From positions 1-58,773 of IMG/VR virus record IMGVR_UViG_3300031576_000048: DNA of 58,773 bases. One strand, given 5' to 3'. This DNA comes from a virus (taxonomy: Duplodnaviria > Caudoviricetes). Position numbers and translations under genes: made by a program. Below are positions 9,175 to 18,560 of this stretch, one piece after another; the first letter of the stretch is position 1, and the number at the start of each line of letters is the position of its first letter. Below the pieces are notes generated by a model. That model did no database searches, was not told where the DNA came from, and worked only from the letters and a program-made list of their open reading frames with translations.

Positions 9175-10070
9175 GTAGACTGTGGCAATAAAGGTAATTG
9201 AGTTGGCGGATTGAATCGAATGATCTCTTTGACTTCGGTGATTTCATAATGTGTCGCCACCACTTCTTTGTCATACCCATAATGCACTCGCGTCAAGACT
9301 GTGGAGCGTAATGAATCACCAGGACGAATATCATATTTACGGTTGTGAAAATCCTTCAACCATTCGACATGGCCAATCTTCACCATCATTGGATGTGTGC
9401 CATGTCGAAACTCCCATTGAGACTCACCTAAGTAATCAGGTTTTTTTACCTTTAGAATCATTTCTGATTTGGATTCAATCGTTTCCTGAGTCAGAAGTTC
9501 CTCGAGTTTTTCCGGCACAATGTTGAATTGTGCATTCATTCGAACTTCGTTCTCTATCGTCACATAGATTGCCCTGTCTTTTTCTGTGAGGTATGACAAG
9601 GCATGATTTAGCTTACCCAGGTCATTCAGAAGCTCTGAGCGGTCAACCGCGGTATAGGATGGGAAATGTGTAATGTCGGTTTCTTTGGCAGCTTCTAACA
9701 ACTGACTCTCCAGATATTGTATCTCTTCCTTTGTTCCTATTTCTGTTCGTGATTCGATGTAATTTAGAATGAAGTATTTTGCTTTGACAAGGTATTTCCC
9801 GACGGCAGGTTTCCAGTCTATTTTCTTCAGTGCTTCATCATCTACAGTTCTGAGGACGTAACTAAGCCAAGCTCTGATGGAACCAGATTCTATATCCTCA
9901 ATGATTACAACAGGTTCGATTTTTACATCAATTGATCGAGCAAGAGCGTGATCTATTTCTTCAAAGGTTTCAATCAACTCCGACATACTGCGAAAAACCC
10001 TTGAAGGACTTTCAGATCCCCTCTCAAAATCAATTTCGATTCCAAAATCGGCACGTGGTGGTTTTGTCAT
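9171..10070 (-). CDS. Hypothetical cargo protein with a predicted C-terminal beta/OB-like domain
   Basis: Long intact AT-rich ORF inside the inverted repeats; IEDIESGSI motif. Confidence 0.65.
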   Translation of the reverse strand: MTKPPRADFGIEIDFERGSESPSRVFRSMSELIETFEEIDHALARSIDVKIEPVVIIEDIESGSIRAWLSYVLRTVDDEALKKIDWKPAVGKYLVKAKYFILNYIESRTEIGTKEEIQYLESQLLEAAKETDITHFPSYTAVDRSELLNDLGKLNHALSYLTEKDRAIYVTIENEVRMNAQFNIVPEKLEELLTQETIESKSEMILKVKKPDYLGESQWEFRHGTHPMMVKIGHVEWLKDFHNRKYDIRPGDSLRSTVLTRVHYGYDKEVVATHYEITEVKEIIRFNPPTQLPLLPQST

Positions 10071-10180
10071 TCTGGACGTGAAGATAGGAACCAAATTAGG
10101 ACAAAAGCAAGCGATTCAGGACAGTACCGTTTTTTTGGGTGGGAGGCAAGACTGGCCGGGAGTTGTTGAATTTGATTGGT

Positions 10181-10759
10181 TTAAGGGCGTTGCAATGGTC
10201 TCCTTGCATGAATAAAAAATCCATTCCGACTGATTCTTGCTATCGTCCCTGTTCGTGAGCGGAAAAACTTCTTGAGCGTGATAATAGGAAACTGCGCCCG
10301 CGCAAAAATGTCACGAATGTCTCTTTCCGAGAACTGGTGGAAGTGCGGCCGATACTTTCGTGAAAGCAGGTGCTCACATTTGTAGATAAGGGAGTAATCG
10401 TTGGGAGTTGTCAGGTAAAAATTACCCGTATCGGCGAGTAGCGATTTCATTGTGAGCAAAAACTGAAGTGGATTATACAGGTGCTCAATTAGCTCGATCG
10501 CCGTGATCGTTTCAAAGCCACCTGTCGGTGCCACTGGGAATACTCCCGTATCTAAATCTTCCTCAGTTACCTTTGGCTGTACAGCAGAAAATTCGGTGAG
10601 TTTCTGTCTGTGATAACCGTCTCCCGCGCCGGCGTCGTACCAAGGGGCCTCTATTTTGGCCTCACGCCTCAGCACATCGAGAATGCGCGATCTTGTGTGC
10701 TGAGGCGAAGTAAAGAGGTCACAATCGGCGCCTATGCGATTCGCCAAATCCAATTCCAT
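10181..10759 (-). CDS. Class I SAM-dependent methyltransferase (non-DNA type)
   Basis: YDAGAGDG motif I; ELIEHLYNP; YLTTPN. Confidence 0.8.
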   Translation of the reverse strand: MELDLANRIGADCDLFTSPQHTRSRILDVLRREAKIEAPWYDAGAGDGYHRQKLTEFSAVQPKVTEEDLDTGVFPVAPTGGFETITAIELIEHLYNPLQFLLTMKSLLADTGNFYLTTPNDYSLIYKCEHLLSRKYRPHFHQFSERDIRDIFARAQFPIITLKKFFRSRTGTIARISRNGFFIHARRPLQRP

Positions 10760-10778
10760 TCCATTTTACCCCAATGGT

Positions 10779-10973
10779 TTATTTCTTGGGTGCGGTTCTC
10801 AATCGTTGTTTTCGACTTGGTGTCGCTCGGCTTCGCGGTTTGCGCAAAATCTCTGCCTCAACAAAAAGAGACCGATCCCGCATCAGTGACTGAAGCAACT
10901 TGCGAAAACCCGAGAAGAGGGTGCGGGAATCCCTGACGCTGTCGTCCTTGATCATTGCGTTTTCCTTTTTCAT
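10779..10973 (-). CDS. Small basic hypothetical protein
   Basis: SD AGGAGG before ATG. Confidence 0.5.
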   Translation of the reverse strand: MKKENAMIKDDSVRDSRTLFSGFRKLLQSLMRDRSLFVEAEILRKPRSRATPSRKQRLRTAPKK

Positions 10974-11000
10974 ATCTTGTCCTCCTGAAATGATTGGGGA

Positions 11001-11273
11001 CTAACGGTACTTTGTTTTTTCCATTTCCACGGCGAGGAAATACGTGCCCCGGTACTCCTGAAGCACCGCCTTGAGGAAATCATCGCCGTCTCTTGGTTTC
11101 ACGGTGCGCCCGGACGGCCACAGCTTCAGGCCGCGTCCGATTTCCTTCAGGAAGCCGGACTTGTCGCCTGCGAATCCGTGCGCGACGACTTTCCCATTCT
11201 CAGAGACGCTGAGTATCCCGAACTCCTCGTACTTTTTGGTCTCGAAGTTCATCCGGACGATTTGGACTATCAT
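11001..11273 (-). CDS. Hypothetical protein downstream of the MuF-kinase (immunity candidate)
   Basis: Translationally coupled to the upstream ORF (ATGA overlap). Confidence 0.6.
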   Translation of the reverse strand: MIVQIVRMNFETKKYEEFGILSVSENGKVVAHGFAGDKSGFLKEIGRGLKLWPSGRTVKPRDGDDFLKAVLQEYRGTYFLAVEMEKTKYR

Positions 11274-11713
11274 GTGTTGTTGGCGCCTGCGTCCGTCATT
11301 TCGTCCTTGATGCGTTTCAATTGGTCATCAGTCCACGTCAGTCCCGTTATGAGGTCGTATGCCTTGAACGGGAGCCACATCAATTCGTCCGGGAAGAAAT
11401 ACACCGTCCTTGCTTTCGCATTGTCAAAATACCTGACCTCATATTGGATCCCCTTTGTGTTGACCGAAACTATTCTGCCTACACGTTCGAGTTGCACAAT
11501 TCTGACCGGGGAACCGATCGGCCAAAACCGGCAAGACTCGTCATGCGCGGGAATTGGAGCCTTGCTCCCCTTCGACTTTGCCGTGGTCACGAGTCCTCCC
11601 ATTTCGGAAATCACCGGACAAGGGGAATGGGAGAAGAGATTGGTAAAAGTTTTCTTTCCTTTATGCATTCGCTTTTCTTTCCTCCATGATATTAACATTT
11701 CGATTTTTTGCAA
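11270..11713 (-). CDS. Hypothetical protein with an SH3-like beta region
   Basis: Intact ORF in the operon; start uncertain. Confidence 0.5.
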   Translation of the reverse strand: MQKIEMLISWRKEKRMHKGKKTFTNLFSHSPCPVISEMGGLVTTAKSKGSKAPIPAHDESCRFWPIGSPVRIVQLERVGRIVSVNTKGIQYEVRYFDNAKARTVYFFPDELMWLPFKAYDLITGLTWTDDQLKRIKDEMTDAGANNT

Positions 11714-11744
11714 TCATGTCTTGTCTCCTTCGGCTTTTCCGCAA

Positions 11745-13373
11745 TCACCAATCTTGTCCTTTCGGGAATCGTCGAACAAGTCCGTACGGCGTCCGTATGT
11801 TGCGGGCATTCAGGGCGTTCCTCATTTTCACGAGTCTTTGCCGGAATTCCGCGATTATCGGTTTGCGGAACTTGGGCGGTATCCGTCTGTTGATGATCCG
11901 CTCGACCTCAGACTGATTCGCCTCGAAATCGTCCAACAACGCCTCGATTGCACTGTCAATCGAGGTATTGTCGTCGTCCTCAATAAACTTCCCGAATACG
12001 GAGCGGAACAGTTCCTCCTCGGAAAATATCAGGCCGTTGTCGATCAGCGCGGCCTCGCCGGTCCTTTCGTTCAGGAGCAGGTTTCGCCCGTGCCTGTCCG
12101 AGTTTGAGAGGAGGTAGTCCCACGCATAGCCGACCGACATGCGTTTTGTCGTCACGCGATTTCTGGACATCGCGTCCAAATCGATATCGTTGGCGTGCTT
12201 GAAACCGCCGTTGATCCCCTCCGAATACAGCACCCCTAATCTCTGCACGGTGGCCGGATGGATGAGATGCTCCTGCGCCGTTTTCAGCTTCTTCCATATT
12301 TCGTAGCTCGCCACTTCGCGGTCGTTCTGGTCGCCGAACGTCACGTAGTCGCGAATATGCTCGCTCGGCTTTTCGGCGACGGTTTTCGCGTATATCGTCG
12401 AGCCGTCCGTCAGCGTGATCCGGTCCGTGAGATTGACGTTGCCTTGCCTCACCGCGTCGTGTTCCCGGAAGTCCTTCTCTGTGACCGAGTCCAGCTTTTT
12501 TTCAACCGCTTGGCGTGCGTGCGTGTAGTATTTCGTGGTTTCTTCTTCTTTGCCCTTCCTTTCCCTTCTCACCGCCGGGATTGTCTTGCACCGACAATTC
12601 ACGACGTCCGCGACCGGCAGCACGGGGTCGTGCGGCCCGAACACCCTGTATGTCTTCCCGTCCCCAGCCCTGAGCTCGAAGTCCACATCGGTCTCCACCT
12701 GCACGCCGTCGAGCGCGAGATGACCTGGCCTCGGAATGCCTGCGTGTGAGTGTAGCCATTCCTTCACAAGCTCGGGGACTTGCTCCTTGACTTGCTTCAT
12801 GCGCTCGAACGCGGCGTAGTTCGAGATCCGGCTCGTCTCGGTCACGAATATCGTCCGCGCCCTGTTGGCGACGGTCCCGAACACGGACGGCGAGGTCAGG
12901 CTCTTGCCGATCGCCTTGATCGTGTCGTTCACGGGTTTCTGCGCGAGCATCGACAACGTCATTTCGTCCTTGATGCGTTTCCGCGCGTAGTCCGTCAGTC
13001 CCGTTACGAGGTCGGCCCCGTAGGTCTTGACCTGGTCGAGCAGGGTCTCGGAGATGAAGGGAACGGCGACCCGTATGTCCGATGACGCGAGGGCGTCGTC
13101 GACGGTCTTTATGCCGCGTGTGAATGCGCGCCGCTGGTTTTCGGACAGGTGCTGCTGGATCCGCGGCAGGAACTGGTCGATTCTGGAGAGCACACGCTCG
13201 CGGATTTGTGAGATCGAAGATGCGTCTATCTGCCCGTGCTCGGCAACATCAAGGACGACCTGCCGTCTGAGCTCGTCGAAGTCGGCGAGAAACCCCTTGA
13301 CCGAGGAGTCCTGCCAATCCTCAAAGGCATTCGCGAGCTTTTCGGCGCGCTCGGCAAGCGCAGGCATTGTCAA
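11745..13373 (-). CDS. MuF/SPP1 gp7-like minor head protein with a C-terminal HipA/PI3-PI4-kinase-like domain
   Basis: RARTIFVTETSR, KEWLHS, RPGHLALDG, PHDP...VVNCRC (MuF); then YAKT, REVASYE, DYLLSNSDRHGRNLL, IDNG (kinase). Confidence 0.85.
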   Translation of the reverse strand: MTMPALAERAEKLANAFEDWQDSSVKGFLADFDELRRQVVLDVAEHGQIDASSISQIRERVLSRIDQFLPRIQQHLSENQRRAFTRGIKTVDDALASSDIRVAVPFISETLLDQVKTYGADLVTGLTDYARKRIKDEMTLSMLAQKPVNDTIKAIGKSLTSPSVFGTVANRARTIFVTETSRISNYAAFERMKQVKEQVPELVKEWLHSHAGIPRPGHLALDGVQVETDVDFELRAGDGKTYRVFGPHDPVLPVADVVNCRCKTIPAVRRERKGKEEETTKYYTHARQAVEKKLDSVTEKDFREHDAVRQGNVNLTDRITLTDGSTIYAKTVAEKPSEHIRDYVTFGDQNDREVASYEIWKKLKTAQEHLIHPATVQRLGVLYSEGINGGFKHANDIDLDAMSRNRVTTKRMSVGYAWDYLLSNSDRHGRNLLLNERTGEAALIDNGLIFSEEELFRSVFGKFIEDDDNTSIDSAIEALLDDFEANQSEVERIINRRIPPKFRKPIIAEFRQRLVKMRNALNARNIRTPYGLVRRFPKGQDW

Positions 13374-13389
13374 TAATCACTTTTATGAA

Positions 13390-14808
13390 TCATACCGATT
13401 CGGCATACGGCTCAAGTTCCTCCTCGATTTCCTTTTTGCGCTTCAACGAGTCCAGCGACTCGTCCTGCGGAACCTCGATGCCCAAGCGCCCGACAAGACC
13501 GTCGACGACGCGCTTCGCGGTCTGGTCAGAGACCCATCCCTTTTCGACCGATCCGATCAGCGCCTGAACGGTAGACATGAATGCGTTTGCCACGACCGCC
13601 GCGTCGTCGCGCTGGAAATCGAACATGCTGATCTCGCATTCGACGAATTCCCCGTCCCGGAGTTTCAGCGTCTTGCCGATGATGGCCTGATCAATAACAA
13701 AGCGAAATACCTCCTTGATGATTTGCCGTATTGTGACTTGCGCTTTCCGGAGCATGCGCATCGTCGGTATCGACATCACCTTTCCTGTCGCCAGATTCGT
13801 TTCGCCCCCTGAACCGAACCACATCTCCGGGAACCCCTTCACTCCAACGAGGAATGTCTGGAATGTCTTCAAGGCCTGCTCGATATCCATCGTTTTCAGA
13901 TCGGGGGACACCACATCCCAGGTGGTCATCTCATTCGTCATTCTGACGCCGCCGATCCGTGGCGGTTTCATCTTCGGTTGGAGCGCGTCGATTTGTTTCT
14001 GTGTGAGACCCTTCATCACGACGGTGTAGAAAAAGGCGTTCCTGATGCGAAACCCTTCGAGCGCGTCGAAGAGGAACTGATCGAACAGGTCCAACCAATC
14101 GATGACGTTCACAAGATTCCCTGTGCCGCGCGTCTGCGTTGTGAGGGCGTTGACGCGCCAGAAAAACACGTCGCCGATCATACGTCCGAAGGTCTCGCTA
14201 TCCGGATCGAGATCCCGATTGATAACCTTCAGCGCGATGCCACTTGCGGCGTCCTTGCTCGCCACATTGATGGTCTCTATCATGCGCACGTCCCGGGGAT
14301 TCGGCTGGACCGTCACTATGTTTAGGGGATCGATCATGCCGATGCGGACGGTGCTGTCGCCGGAAAACGTGCCGTCCCCGTTTTTCTTCCTGTTCACAGT
14401 CGTCGAAAAGACGAGCTCGCCGTCAAGGAACAGGTCGCGGGCGAACTTGTCCAAGTCCTCATAGAACCGATTCACCGGATCATTGACAAAGTCATCCCAC
14501 AATTCTTGCGCGGCGGGGTTCTTCATGTCGATCGCCTTCCCGCTTTCGTCTTTGCGTTTGATGCTGGCAACAAGCCGGACTTCGTCGCCCGTGCAGAAGT
14601 CCACGACGATCTCGATGATCCGCGTGGCAAGCGGGTTCCGTTGCCAGAGGAAATAGCTTAGTTTTTGCGCCTTTTGGAATGCGAGCGGCGAGAGGTCGCG
14701 CCGGCTTTGGCTCAGCTTCCTGTATTCATGGGCCTTTGGGTCGTCGTCATCTGCGAATGTCGACGCCGCGACGATTCGCCTCTTGCTTTGCACAGTGCGC
14801 GCTTTCAT
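13390..14808 (-). CDS. Portal protein
   Basis: NPLATRIIEI, LFLDGE, GFPEMWFG..ETNLATG motifs; between terminase and MuF. Confidence 0.85.
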   Translation of the reverse strand: MKARTVQSKRRIVAASTFADDDDPKAHEYRKLSQSRRDLSPLAFQKAQKLSYFLWQRNPLATRIIEIVVDFCTGDEVRLVASIKRKDESGKAIDMKNPAAQELWDDFVNDPVNRFYEDLDKFARDLFLDGELVFSTTVNRKKNGDGTFSGDSTVRIGMIDPLNIVTVQPNPRDVRMIETINVASKDAASGIALKVINRDLDPDSETFGRMIGDVFFWRVNALTTQTRGTGNLVNVIDWLDLFDQFLFDALEGFRIRNAFFYTVVMKGLTQKQIDALQPKMKPPRIGGVRMTNEMTTWDVVSPDLKTMDIEQALKTFQTFLVGVKGFPEMWFGSGGETNLATGKVMSIPTMRMLRKAQVTIRQIIKEVFRFVIDQAIIGKTLKLRDGEFVECEISMFDFQRDDAAVVANAFMSTVQALIGSVEKGWVSDQTAKRVVDGLVGRLGIEVPQDESLDSLKRKKEIEEELEPYAESV

Positions 14809-14811
14809 CTG

Positions 14812-16032
14812 CTATATGACATTTTGGGAAAATAATGGCTGGATTGATGCCATGCGTGGCACAATCAGTTCTTCTACATATTTTTGATTTAACTCAATTC
14901 CAATACTGTGGCGGCCAAGACGTTCCGCAATTTCAAGCGTGGTCCCGCTTCCAGCAAATGGGTCGAGTACGGTGTCACCTTTTTTTGTTGCTGCCTTGAT
15001 GCAGATTTCTGGTATTTCTGGCGGGAACGCGGCGTAGTGAGGGCCGCGAAACGGTTTAGTCGTTATTGTCCAAACGTCGCGCTTGTTCACCCCGCTCTCA
15101 ATGTACCGCCCCTCATCTTCGTTCCCACTGTGTAGCCGTGTACCATACCCCCGTGCCTTATTCCCTCCAAATCTTGCTCGTTGCTTATTGAATCTTGATT
15201 CCTTTATGCGCTGGATACTCGATTCCTTCGCTAGTTCTTTGATTGCGTTGCCATCGTAGTAGTAGCGGGCACTCTTCGTCAAGAGGAAAATATACTCATG
15301 TGCCCGCGTTGGCCTATCCTTCACACTCTCAGGCATTGAATTCGGCTTGTTCCAGATTATATCTGAGCGAAGATGCCAGCCGTCTACCCTCAGAGCAAAT
15401 GCTACCATCCACGGAATGCCAACGAGGTCTTTAGGTTTGAGATTCTCGCCTTTACGATTATACGGACGCAAATAACTGTCACCCCGCTTGCCGTCGCGAA
15501 AATCACCACCCGGACTACCGCTACCAACATACGAATCTCCCAATACAAGCCAAAGAGTTCCATCTTTCTTGAGCACCCTCTTTACTTCTCGGAAGATTTC
15601 AACGAGGTGTTGAACATACAGTTCTGGTGTTGGCTCCAAGCCGAGCGACCCACGCCACGCTTCACAGCAGGAACAGAAGCCTGTGTCTAAGAGACTAATG
15701 TTTGCTCCAACGTTTGTGGTCTGTTTGGACGTTGCGTCCTTAACATCGGCTGATTTTTGTCTTCTTGGCGCGGCCTCAGCCCACTCATGCTCACATGCAA
15801 CGTTTCCACCCCAGACAGTCGGTTTGATCCCATAATCTCGAAGGCCCCAGTACGGCGGAGATGTAATACAGCACTGAATGGAATTGTCGGGGATTTCAAG
15901 AAGTTTTGTTTGAGCATCCCCGCACATTATCGGGTACATATTAGGTCTTTCCCGGCATATATCGATTTCATCAAGATCAAATATATTTATTCTTTGTCGG
16001 GGACGTAGCATTCGTATTGCGATGCGATCCAT
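14812..16032 (-). CDS. Beta-class DNA methyltransferase (N4-C/N6-A)
   Basis: CCITSPPYWGLRDY, IIWNKPNSMPES, VLDPFAGSGTT; start uncertain. Confidence 0.9.
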   Translation of the reverse strand: MDRIAIRMLRPRQRINIFDLDEIDICRERPNMYPIMCGDAQTKLLEIPDNSIQCCITSPPYWGLRDYGIKPTVWGGNVACEHEWAEAAPRRQKSADVKDATSKQTTNVGANISLLDTGFCSCCEAWRGSLGLEPTPELYVQHLVEIFREVKRVLKKDGTLWLVLGDSYVGSGSPGGDFRDGKRGDSYLRPYNRKGENLKPKDLVGIPWMVAFALRVDGWHLRSDIIWNKPNSMPESVKDRPTRAHEYIFLLTKSARYYYDGNAIKELAKESSIQRIKESRFNKQRARFGGNKARGYGTRLHSGNEDEGRYIESGVNKRDVWTITTKPFRGPHYAAFPPEIPEICIKAATKKGDTVLDPFAGSGTTLEIAERLGRHSIGIELNQKYVEELIVPRMASIQPLFSQNVI

Positions 16033-16132
16033 TCCCGGTGCCTGCGGTCGCGCCGTTCAAAACATTTATACGTAAGGAACGATCCAAACACTATGCCGAC
16101 ACCAAGGCCCGCAAGAAAGATAAGAATGTTTT

Positions 16133-17743
16133 CTACCATAAGCGCCGCCTTTCCGATTTGTACGCGTCCTTCTCGTATCTTTCGTCGTCAATGCCAGCCT
16201 CCACTGGCGCGTCGTCCAGGCCGACGGCCCCCGCCACCGTGTATCTCGGCGCCCGCACCCAGTTCCAGTACACCGCGGCGTCGCCCTTGTTCGTCGACCG
16301 GCCGAGGAGTTTTTTCACCTTTGTCTTCGGATCGATCTTGATGACCTTCTTGTCCTCGCCAAAACGCACCGAGCACAGGTCGGAAAAAAGCTCCTCGTCC
16401 CAAGGCAGCACGATGCCGGACTGCTCGCCGTCCCTCAGATCCTTCATCATTTGCCACCACATCTGGCTCCTGAGGTTGTCGAATCTTTCGGCGGTCGCGC
16501 TAGTCTCCATCGCCGTGCCGCCGCTCTGGAGCTCCACCACGGGGGTTTCGAGCCTCCTGAGCTCGTCGCATGTGCCCCCGCCGACGCCGACCGCGTCTAT
16601 GCCGACGTGCCATGCGTCGATCTCGTGCTGCACCATTATCCCGTGCACCTTCCCCGCGAACGCGACGACGTTCGGGCACTGCATCGATTCCAGGTCGAGC
16701 AGGGCTGATCCGTCCCCGCGTGCGATCACGGCCGGATCGCCGGCCTCGCTCCGCGCCACATCCACCCCGAGCGCCCTCGGACCGGGCTTCGATTGGAGCA
16801 GGGAGCGGCGAGCAGCTGCGACGCACCACTCGTATTTGATGAGTGAGTCGACGGCCTGGGCTGGGCTGATACCGTACGCCCGGCTCAGGAACATCGGGTT
16901 CGTTTCGGACTTGTACTCGTCAAGAAGCGTGTCCAGGCCGAGGATTGTCTGCGCCCCCGGAATGAAGCCGGGATCGCGCATGACGACGTTCGGGTAGTCG
17001 CGAGCATCGATCCTCACCGTGTTCACGCGGGAGAGCCTCGAGAAGCGGTGGAGCGTATCATTCTGGTTGTTAGGGTTCCCGACGGCGAGAACGATGTTGT
17101 GCGGCGCCGTCGAGGTGTTGATGAGCGGCGCCATGACCTCGTTCGCGATGCCCGCCGTCTCCTCAAGGATGATAAGCTGGTCGGGCCTGTGGAACCCCTG
17201 CGCCTTGATTGCCGCCATGCCGAGCTCCTCGCGCTTCACGCCCGCAACGAATCCGACCGCCGACCAGTAGTCCGAGGGCGGCTCCATCTTCAGTTCCAGC
17301 GACTGAAGCTCGCCGCGCCCGAACCGCGGCCACAAATTGCTCAGCTCCGACCACAGGTGGAGCTTCAACTGGTCGGCTTTTGGCGCCCCCGTGACGATGC
17401 GAGATTTGGGCCAGCACTCGAGGAACCAGAGCAGTATGCACGCGCAAAGGTACGTCTTCGACACGCCCACGGCGGCCTCCACCGCCGTCCAGCGCGAGCG
17501 CGCCATGTTCGACAGTATCCTCATGAGCGGGTTCGGCGTCCCGCGCCACACGTGCTTTTTGTAGGCTTTGTTGAGGGTCCAATCGATCGTCTCCCGCCTC
17601 ACGCCGAGGCGGTCGACGATCCAGTCGAGGGGATTGTCGCGGTAATGGCGCTGCCTGATGACAAGGGCGGTCCGCTGGGCGACTTGGTCGCTCAGAAGTT
17701 CCTTCGCGGCGAGATAGTTCTTCGATTGAAGCGCGGTGCTCAT
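16133..17743 (-). CDS. terL: Terminase large subunit
   Basis: AAVGVSKT Walker A-like, LIILEET Walker B-like, AVGNP, LGVDVAR, IDAVGVGGG nuclease motifs. Confidence 0.9.
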   Translation of the reverse strand: MSTALQSKNYLAAKELLSDQVAQRTALVIRQRHYRDNPLDWIVDRLGVRRETIDWTLNKAYKKHVWRGTPNPLMRILSNMARSRWTAVEAAVGVSKTYLCACILLWFLECWPKSRIVTGAPKADQLKLHLWSELSNLWPRFGRGELQSLELKMEPPSDYWSAVGFVAGVKREELGMAAIKAQGFHRPDQLIILEETAGIANEVMAPLINTSTAPHNIVLAVGNPNNQNDTLHRFSRLSRVNTVRIDARDYPNVVMRDPGFIPGAQTILGLDTLLDEYKSETNPMFLSRAYGISPAQAVDSLIKYEWCVAAARRSLLQSKPGPRALGVDVARSEAGDPAVIARGDGSALLDLESMQCPNVVAFAGKVHGIMVQHEIDAWHVGIDAVGVGGGTCDELRRLETPVVELQSGGTAMETSATAERFDNLRSQMWWQMMKDLRDGEQSGIVLPWDEELFSDLCSVRFGEDKKVIKIDPKTKVKKLLGRSTNKGDAAVYWNWVRAPRYTVAGAVGLDDAPVEAGIDDERYEKDAYKSERRRLW

Positions 17744-17788
17744 TTCAACGTGTCAGCAAAACCAAGTGAGATTTGGAGATGCCTCTTA

Positions 17789-18286
17789 TCAATCCTTGGC
17801 CGGATCAATCCCCTCCTTGGCGAGGATGTCCGCGAGTTTCATGGCCTTCCTCAAGTCGATCCCGTCAGCCGCAAGCGCGTCGGCGATCTCCTTGTGCGGA
17901 TCGGTCGAATTCTGGAAAAGTGGTTGCCCGTCCTTGCCGGTGAGTTCGTGCTTGCTCTTCGGCACCCATCCGTGGACGAGCTGGAGCCAGAGCTCGACTT
18001 CCGGTCTGTAGCCCTGCTCCGCGCGTTTCGTCAGGCCGTAGAGAACACGCTGTGTGTGCAGCTTCACCCCCGGCATCACCTCGTCGAGCGTGATCTTCGA
18101 GGCGTGACTGGTGATCGTCTTTCTGCTCAGGTTACAGGCTTGGGCGATTTCCGACTGCGTAGGCGGGCGCTTCATCTCGACGAAGAGCCGGAAATAGGCG
18201 TCCATTATCAAAGCGTGGTTCCTATCCCAGTCGAGCCTGCGTGGATCCTCTTCTGACAAGTCTAGCGTACGGTCCTTGTTGGGCAT
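17789..18286 (-). CDS. Terminase small subunit (HTH)
   Basis: PTQSEIAQACNLSRKTI HTH; C-terminal HELTGKDGQPL; directly upstream of terL. Confidence 0.75.
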   Translation of the reverse strand: MPNKDRTLDLSEEDPRRLDWDRNHALIMDAYFRLFVEMKRPPTQSEIAQACNLSRKTITSHASKITLDEVMPGVKLHTQRVLYGLTKRAEQGYRPEVELWLQLVHGWVPKSKHELTGKDGQPLFQNSTDPHKEIADALAADGIDLRKAMKLADILAKEGIDPAKD

Positions 18287-18395
18287 AAAGTTACCGCCTT
18301 TCATCTCGCTCATGTGGCGCGATAAAACAGTCGTCTCGCGTTCCTGTGAGCAACAACAAAAACAATAGGGCAATCATAAGACGAACAATAATCAT

Positions 18396-18442
18396 AGAAA
18401 TCTCGGCAGGAGACCGTCTGCTTTTAGCTGACGGTGGTTTAC
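18396..18442 (+). mobile_element. IS200/IS605-type end hairpin (scar)
   Basis: CCGTC-TGCTTTTAGCT-GACGG-TGGTTTAC preceded by TCAT; related to 40450-40469 and 52140-52171. Confidence 0.55.
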
Positions 18443-18560
18443 TTTACGCCTATCAGAATCCTCTCTTCAAGATCCTCTTACACCCGTGCCAATACTGGCA
18501 ACCCCCGCAAGGAGCGAGTTGTGGTGGTAAGCAAACCCGAAGAGTCGCAGTCTCCTCTCT

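Larger units (their letters stand above)
6323..10128. mobile_element. IS1-family transposon with passenger genes (3806 bp)
   Basis: Terminal inverted repeats GGTACTGTCCT(A/G)A with internal TTTGTCCTAA boxes; 8-bp target duplication GTTTTTTT at 6315-6322 and 10129-10136; IS1-type transposase inside; visibly more AT-rich than the flanks. Confidence 0.85.
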
